A stretch of DNA of 58,921 nucleotides, the filler included. It is 3 parts of 3 records of this genome, joined end to end, with 100 filler letters (N's around TTAATTAATTAA, not from the genome) between each part and the next. Parts side by side here need not be neighbours in the genome. Positions count along the whole stretch, not along the records: positions 52,513 to 58,921 come from SRR22947727_533; 2 more parts are not named here. One strand, 5' to 3'. Position numbers and translations under genes: made by a program. Of the stretch, positions 53,252 to 58,921 are shown piece after piece. The notes under the pieces are model-generated. The model was not told the origin of the DNA, did no database searches, and saw nothing but the letters and a program-made list of their open reading frames with translations. Each line of letters begins with the position of its first letter. The first letter of the stretch is position 1.

Positions 53252-53536
53252 TCAGCTAATCGGCGGGGCGCGTGCTTGGCAAGCGTATGAAGCGGCTGCA
53301 AATGGCGTAAAGCAGGAAGTGGTATTGAGCAGGGAAGCGAGTGGAGATGGCTCCGTGGGAACCGATGCATCCACTAGAGTGGACTGCTCATCGATACAGT
53401 GAAGGCACTCGACATGACCTTGAGTGACGTCTTCAGAAAAGTCGTGCTCAGCCGCGTGCACCACGTTGGTGGCGACAAAAAATATCGCGACGCAAAGTGC
53501 CAAGCGGCTAAATTTTTTGAGCACGTTGAACGTCAT
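53252..53536 (-). CDS. Small exported His/Cys-rich leader protein ending in RAPP (DUF2946/CruR-like upstream ORF)
   Basis: Probable ATG at 53536 (94 aa); signal peptide, HAAEH, HVECLHC, C-terminal QARAPPIS; 46 nt upstream of the receptor ATG. Confidence 0.75.
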   Translation of the reverse strand: MTFNVLKKFSRLALCVAIFFVATNVVHAAEHDFSEDVTQGHVECLHCIDEQSTLVDASVPTEPSPLASLLNTTSCFTPFAAASYACQARAPPIS

Positions 53537-53675
53537 TGGTTGGCGTCTTGCAGGTGATGGTCTCACTTTAGTCGGGTCTTAGTCGCCAATGCAAGCCCGA
53601 TGGGAAAGTTGACATAATCAACACCAAACTGGGCAGAACGGTCTTGGGGGGGTAATGCAAGCCTTAGTGGCGTAT

Positions 53676-54845
53676 TCAGGCCTTGGTCATGAGCCGGCTG
53701 AAGACACTATCGAATACCTCGAGCTCTTCGAGGCGCCCCATGCTGACGCGAGAGTAATGAGGATAACCGTCATACGCGCCCCGAATCATCACATTATTGG
53801 CCGCCATCTCGTTTTTAAACTCACTCGCGTCACGACCAATATCGGCATAAACAAAATTAGTTTGCGACGGTAATGGCTCAATACCATGCCGCCGGAAGGT
53901 CGCATTCACCATGGCTCGGCCTTGCAGGATCTTTTGCCGAGAAAAAGTAATAAACGCTTCGTCGAGGTAGCTGTGGTAAGCGGCATAAAGACCGACCCCA
54001 TTAGGCCAGGCCATCACATGATCTTTGACCACTTTGACCAGATCGGGGTGTCCCATACCGTACCCCACGCGCAGCCCTGCCATGCCAAAAATTTTTGAGA
54101 ACGTTCGCGTAATAAGGACATTGGCGCCCTCCCGTACCAAATCGACCATCGACGTATAGTCTGGCTTATCGGTGAGCTCGTTATAGGCTTCATCAATCAG
54201 AATCGGTACACGTGGACTGACTTCACGACAAAAGGCGCGTAACTCATCACCGTCGAGGGCCATTCCAGTGGGGTTGTTAGGATTACAGAGATAGACGAGG
54301 CTCACCGTGTCATCCACCGCGCGCGCCATGGCCTCGAGGTCGATACTCATCTCTTCGCGAAGCGGTATGCGAGTGACCTCTACCCCCAAGCGCTCAGCAT
54401 AAGCCAGGTGATCTGAGTAAGTGAGACTAGGTGATATCACCTTGCCTTGCTTGCCGAACGCCATCATAGCCGCCTGCAACCCCTCGTTAGATCCTGAGGC
54501 TAAGAACACCTGATCGGCATCAAGCCGATGGCGCTCCATAAAGAGTGCCGGTAACTCCTGTTCTATTGCGCCCGGGTAGTAAGCTGTTTTCGGCAGAATG
54601 TTAGCGACGGCCTCTAACGCCTTGGCACTGGGGCCATAAGGATTCTCATTGAAAATCAGACGGATTTGACCCTCAGGAATCTCAATTTGGCCCAGCGTAA
54701 AGGGTGATACGGCCAGTCCAGCCGTGCCCAGTAATAATCCCTGTAACGCCGATCGGCGACTCATGCCAACCCCAGAGCACGGCTTATCGCTCGGTAGCGT
54801 GTCAACTGATCTCAGTAAAGGTCCACTGCGGATCTTGTTCAACAT
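53676..54845 (-). CDS. PLP-dependent aminotransferase class I/II (HisC-like) with twin-arginine signal
   Basis: NENPYGPS, YLCNPNNPTG, IDEAY, RTFSKIFGMAGLRVGY; SRRSALQG plus hydrophobic stretch. Probable ATG at 54845 after GAGGGG (alternative 54764). Confidence 0.88.
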   Translation of the reverse strand: MLNKIRSGPLLRSVDTLPSDKPCSGVGMSRRSALQGLLLGTAGLAVSPFTLGQIEIPEGQIRLIFNENPYGPSAKALEAVANILPKTAYYPGAIEQELPALFMERHRLDADQVFLASGSNEGLQAAMMAFGKQGKVISPSLTYSDHLAYAERLGVEVTRIPLREEMSIDLEAMARAVDDTVSLVYLCNPNNPTGMALDGDELRAFCREVSPRVPILIDEAYNELTDKPDYTSMVDLVREGANVLITRTFSKIFGMAGLRVGYGMGHPDLVKVVKDHVMAWPNGVGLYAAYHSYLDEAFITFSRQKILQGRAMVNATFRRHGIEPLPSQTNFVYADIGRDASEFKNEMAANNVMIRGAYDGYPHYSRVSMGRLEELEVFDSVFSRLMTKA

Positions 54846-55232
54846 TCGGACACCCCTCGCTCGCCGCTCGACACACTTCCCTCTCTGAGACGCCATTTGT
54901 CCCGGCGCTCAGAACACACAATGATCATAGCGCTTTTGATCCAATAAGCGAGCGCGCTGGTTATTCAGGTTTTTATTTCAGATAGTGTGCGGGTGCCAGC
55001 AAATGGCGCCTGGCTGATCATCGGACCCGTTTCATTATCATGTGGTGCGGCTAACGCACATGGCTCGCCCCTTATCGTGCGCTCATCTAGACGCAATGTT
55101 CTCGCCTCCCTCTCCACTCATCGGCTCGTTCACCGGCTCAAAACGAGAAGCTATCAGCAATTAGCAGGCCACCCCTCGGTGCTTTCGGTTTATCATATGG
55201 CCTCTCGATGACCGACCGACTAAGGAGTCACC

Positions 55233-56270
55233 ATGGGTGGCCGCAACCCTGTTGCAGATCTAATTGCTGATAAAGGCTGGTGCGTTGCCGACGGCGCAAC
55301 CGGATCAAACTTTTTTGGTCGAGGTCTGGAAGCCGGCTATCCCCCCGAACTGTGGTGTTTAGAAAAACCGGAGGAAGTTGCGGCCTTGCACGACGCGTTT
55401 CTTGATGCCGGCGCCGACCTGATCTTGACCAACAGTTTTGGTGGCAATGCACTGCGGCTCAAGCTGCATGCCTCGGAGCATCGCGTTGCAGAACTCAATA
55501 TCGCCGCCGCTCGACTCGCGAGCGAGGCGACTCAGCGCCACTTTGCCACCACCGGTCGAAAAACCCTCGTCGCGGGGTCAATAGGCCCTACCGGTGAATT
55601 GTTTATGCCCATGGGAATGCTAGATCATAGGCAAGCCTTCGAGGCTTTTTGTGAGCAAGCCACTGCCCTAGCCGACGGGGGTGCAGACGTACTCTGGATA
55701 GAAACGATGTCGTCGACAGAGGAGGTCGCCGCAGCAACCGAGGCGGCGAAGACCACCGGGCTACCCGTCTGCGCCACCTTGTCATTTGACACGGCGAGAT
55801 GCTCAATGATGGGTGTGACACCGGCGGACTTTGCGCAATTCGCGCTGGATATTGAGCTCGACATGCTGGGATCCAATTGCGGAGTCGGTCCTGCTGAACT
55901 CCTCGATTCCACTCAAGGCATCGTGGCTTCTGGTATTGCCCTGCCGATAGTTGCCAAGGGCAACTGTGGTATTCCTCAATATCTCGACGGCGCCATTCAT
56001 TTTCATGGTAGTCCTGAACTGATGGCGCAATATGCACTGTTTGCGCGTGATGTGGGAGCCACGATCATTGGTGGTTGCTGCGGTACGACGCCTGAGCATG
56101 TGGCCGCCATGGTCAACGCCCTAAAAACCACCGCGCCTCGTCCATTCGACGCACACGCGATGAATGACGCGCTGGGTATCCCTTGGGCTAATCTGCCCAC
56201 GCAAGATGAGCAATCAGCTAACTCAGAGACTACCGGCAGGCGGCGACGCAGCCAGCGGCGCGAGCACTGA
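55233..56270 (+). CDS. bmt: Betaine-homocysteine S-methyltransferase-like protein (stand-alone MetH homocysteine-binding domain)
   Basis: RBS TAAGGAG; ADGATGSNFF..GL, ILTNSFGG, AGSIGPTG, GSNCG, KGNCGIP, IIGGCCGTTPEH; Arg-rich tail. Confidence 0.8.
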   Translation: MGGRNPVADLIADKGWCVADGATGSNFFGRGLEAGYPPELWCLEKPEEVAALHDAFLDAGADLILTNSFGGNALRLKLHASEHRVAELNIAAARLASEATQRHFATTGRKTLVAGSIGPTGELFMPMGMLDHRQAFEAFCEQATALADGGADVLWIETMSSTEEVAAATEAAKTTGLPVCATLSFDTARCSMMGVTPADFAQFALDIELDMLGSNCGVGPAELLDSTQGIVASGIALPIVAKGNCGIPQYLDGAIHFHGSPELMAQYALFARDVGATIIGGCCGTTPEHVAAMVNALKTTAPRPFDAHAMNDALGIPWANLPTQDEQSANSETTGRRRRSQRREH

Positions 56271-56319
56271 CACACCCTGCGCCACACGCGTTCATCGCGC
56301 ACTGATCGATATCAGACAT

Positions 56320-56348
56320 AAAAAAACGGCCACATAATGTGGCCGTTT
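56320..56348 (-). terminator. Intrinsic terminator between the convergent bmt and TonB receptor genes
   Basis: AAACGGCCACA-TAA-TGTGGCCGTTT hairpin; the A run at its left end gives a U tract on the minus strand. Confidence 0.85.
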
Positions 56349-56373
56349 CTGGTGCTCACCTTGCCTCGCAGGC

Positions 56374-58803
56374 TTAGAACTCTTGCGACCAACGAATACC
56401 GATTGTCCTAGGCCGCGCTCTTACACCATAGTTCTGCGTACCACAGGTGCCTGTCGCACACTGCGAGGTGTAATACAGCGCAGCATCCTCATCGGTGAGA
56501 TTACTCACGTATAGCTCAACCGCATATTGGTCATTGCGAATACCTGCAGTGACATCCATGAAGGTATTGGCAGGGATCTCACCTTTTACCAAGTTGTCTT
56601 TGACTCTGAGATCCGAATTGCGCTTGCCCTCATGAGAAATAGCCCCTTGAAGATGCGCGTCAAAACCAGCGAGATTAAAGCTATACCGCGCTACTAAGTT
56701 GCCCTTGAACTCAGCAGCGATAGGGAGCTGAGTGCCAGCCGGCGCCCAAGCACCCCCATCTGATTCACAACCTGCGCAGTATTCGTCCTTCAACTCACTG
56801 TCTAAAAACATCACCGATGCTGAGATATTGAAAGAATCCACCGGCAACCATTGAATCTGGCTTTCGATGCCGTTGACGTCTGCAGTCGGACCATTATCAA
56901 CCTGCGTGATGGCATTGGCGCCAACAAAGGATACTTGGAAGTCCTCCCACTCTTGCATGAATGCCGCACCGTTAAACTGGAATCGGCCATCTGCCCAAGT
57001 CGTTTTCCAGCCAAGCTCATAATTCGTCAGGAAGTCTGACACATACTCGCCCGCATCCGGCTTACGGTTAATCCCGCCAGGACGATAGCCCTCTGACCAA
57101 GTACCGTAAATCATATGGTCGTCGGTCATCTTCCACGTCAGGTTGGCACGATAAACAGAGTCGCTCTCTGAAATGCCCTTATCGACATTCTTACAAGGCT
57201 TCCCTTTCCAATCATCCTGGGTGGGGCATTGGGCTTCGCCGGTACCAGACCACACGGGAGTAAAGCCTAGGCCAAATCCATAAAAGCCCTCAACCGATAC
57301 CTCTGGCTTAAAGTAGCGCGCACCCACAGTCGCCTCGAGGCGGTCTGTAATGTCAAAGCTCACGCTGCCAAAATAGGCCTCGTCCTCGTCCTCCCGAAAA
57401 AGGCTATTATAATAGACGATATCTTTGAACTCCGGACTCGCACCCTGGTTGGGCCACATCGACTCAGCGAGCCCCTCGACCAGCCAACGCTGGTCGAAAT
57501 CATGCTCCTGCTTCTGGTAGAAAAAGCCAACCTGAAATCGTACTCGACGATCTTGCGGTGAACTGATGCGTAATTCGTGGCTGGTTTTCTCGTAGCCATC
57601 ATCGTTCACATAACGGGCGCCCGGCATAATGCGGGTGCCCGCGTCGGCAAAGAACATGTTTGGCGCCGACCGATCACCACTATTTAAAAAGTGCAAATCT
57701 GCGTAATAACCCGACGTATAGGCAGTGTCGTACCAATACGAATAATCGGAGTAATCAAAAGACCCATCCACTTCTCGATCCAAATAGGCACCCGCGTAGA
57801 CGACGTCGAAGTCACTGATCTTGCCTTCAACCGTCAGGCCTACCTGATACCATTCGTCATCCGTGAACTCATCCTTGAAGTGCGTCACCGCACTGTCACC
57901 ATCGACAAAATCACTCAGGTCCTCGCCCCAAGAGCCTTTACCCTCTTGCTTCTGGTACTGCACTGTCGGGGTGATTGACCAGTCATCGTTGAGGTTAATC
58001 AACATAGATAAACGGGCGCCTTGGGTTTCGACCGTGTTGTAGTCGTCCTTCGCTACCGCCGCATTGTCTAGAGTGATGTCGTCTGCCGTGGTCGAGGCCA
58101 CACCAGGAAAGGTTCGGGTGCCGCGCTTATTGTCGATCCAGCCCGCATCTTCGCGCATCCACGCTACCAGACGAATGGCGGCGTTCTCGCCGACCGGCGC
58201 GTTGATAAAACCTTCAGCGGTATAGCCGGTATCATTACCGTCGACACTGTTGCCCTCTAAACCATAGCCTGCAGAAAACCCGCTGGGATCAGGCTTGTTG
58301 GTGATGATACGGATCGTGCCCGACTGCGAGCTCGCCCCGTATAAAGTGCCCTGTGGGCCAGACAGCGCCTCGATTCGAGCAATGTCGTACATGTGAATAT
58401 CGAGGTTGCCTTGAATCGTAGTGATCGGCTGCTCGTCGAGATACATGCCTACGCTCGGCTGCGAGGTCGTCGCCTGTCCGTCTCGCCCCGTCGTAACGCC
58501 GCGCATGTAGACATTAAAAAATCCGACACCACCTCCCGCCGGTGGTTGGACAGAGATACTCGGGAGCATCCGTGCGTAATCGTTAAAGTCTTGAATACCC
58601 AGCTCGGCAATTTTCTGGGTGCTCAGCGTCTCGATGCTAATCGGCACGTCCTGCAGGTTTTGAGCTCGCTTTTGAGCGGTCACCACCACTTCTTCGAGGC
58701 CCTGAGCGTATAAGCCAGGGCTTGCAGCGATTAAGGCGGCCACCAGCGGTGTGCGCACAAAGCGTCCAGGGCCATTTCGTGAGGATCGGGGGAAATTCGA
58801 CAT
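56374..58803 (-). CDS. TonB-dependent receptor, substrate unknown
   Basis: Signal peptide, LEEVVVTAQKRAQNLQDVPISI, RIEALSGPQGTLYGASS, terminal Phe (WSQEF). Confidence 0.95.
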   Translation of the reverse strand: MSNFPRSSRNGPGRFVRTPLVAALIAASPGLYAQGLEEVVVTAQKRAQNLQDVPISIETLSTQKIAELGIQDFNDYARMLPSISVQPPAGGGVGFFNVYMRGVTTGRDGQATTSQPSVGMYLDEQPITTIQGNLDIHMYDIARIEALSGPQGTLYGASSQSGTIRIITNKPDPSGFSAGYGLEGNSVDGNDTGYTAEGFINAPVGENAAIRLVAWMREDAGWIDNKRGTRTFPGVASTTADDITLDNAAVAKDDYNTVETQGARLSMLINLNDDWSITPTVQYQKQEGKGSWGEDLSDFVDGDSAVTHFKDEFTDDEWYQVGLTVEGKISDFDVVYAGAYLDREVDGSFDYSDYSYWYDTAYTSGYYADLHFLNSGDRSAPNMFFADAGTRIMPGARYVNDDGYEKTSHELRISSPQDRRVRFQVGFFYQKQEHDFDQRWLVEGLAESMWPNQGASPEFKDIVYYNSLFREDEDEAYFGSVSFDITDRLEATVGARYFKPEVSVEGFYGFGLGFTPVWSGTGEAQCPTQDDWKGKPCKNVDKGISESDSVYRANLTWKMTDDHMIYGTWSEGYRPGGINRKPDAGEYVSDFLTNYELGWKTTWADGRFQFNGAAFMQEWEDFQVSFVGANAITQVDNGPTADVNGIESQIQWLPVDSFNISASVMFLDSELKDEYCAGCESDGGAWAPAGTQLPIAAEFKGNLVARYSFNLAGFDAHLQGAISHEGKRNSDLRVKDNLVKGEIPANTFMDVTAGIRNDQYAVELYVSNLTDEDAALYYTSQCATGTCGTQNYGVRARPRTIGIRWSQEF

Positions 58804-58921
58804 AATAACTGGGCTCCAGTAGTTACATTCACTTCTTGAAAAGCGCGGTCTCGAGAAAAAGACCCGCCATGAACTAAGGGCAAGTTACTATTTTTGACCG
58901 CTTTTTGCTACCCGCAAAGTA

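Noticed and set aside
54897-55232. Riboswitch (cobalamin or SAM class) in the long spacer before bmt
   Set aside because: No recognisable conserved core by eye; an Infernal/Rfam scan would be needed.

Overview
The window is not one locus. It is three unrelated bacterial contigs joined by artificial 100-nt spacers (N44-TTAATTAATTAA-N44) at 25533-25632 and 52413-52512. Contig 1 (1-25532; AT-rich, alphaproteobacterial-type genes) carries dnaK-dnaJ, transport and housekeeping genes, an uncharacterised four-gene operon of exported proteins (10121-14005), a blue-light/photorepair module (inverted-domain photolyase, canonical-layout photolyase, TIGR03643 protein, divergent BLUF), putA with an Lrp regulator, and pstCAB-phoU. 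Contig 2 (25633-52412; very AT-rich, compact, alphaproteobacterial gene order) carries gyrA-coaD-PPIase-queA-tgt, parE, scattered acyclic-terpene (atu-like) and lipid catabolism genes, and an unusual glnB-glnII-glnA array whose PII has His in place of the uridylylated Tyr51. Contig 3 (52513-58921; visibly higher GC, probably a gammaproteobacterium) carries a ZnuD-like TonB receptor preceded by a small exported His/CxxC leader ORF ending in the ribosome-arrest motif RAPP, a Tat-signal PLP aminotransferase, a stand-alone Bmt-type methyltransferase and a second TonB receptor. The best candidates for new biology are the RAPP leader plus ZnuD switch, the four-gene exported-protein operon and the modified nitrogen-assimilation array. 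All family calls come from motif recognition by eye; no database search was run, and taxonomy is inferred. No rRNA, tRNA, CRISPR array or mobile element was recognised.
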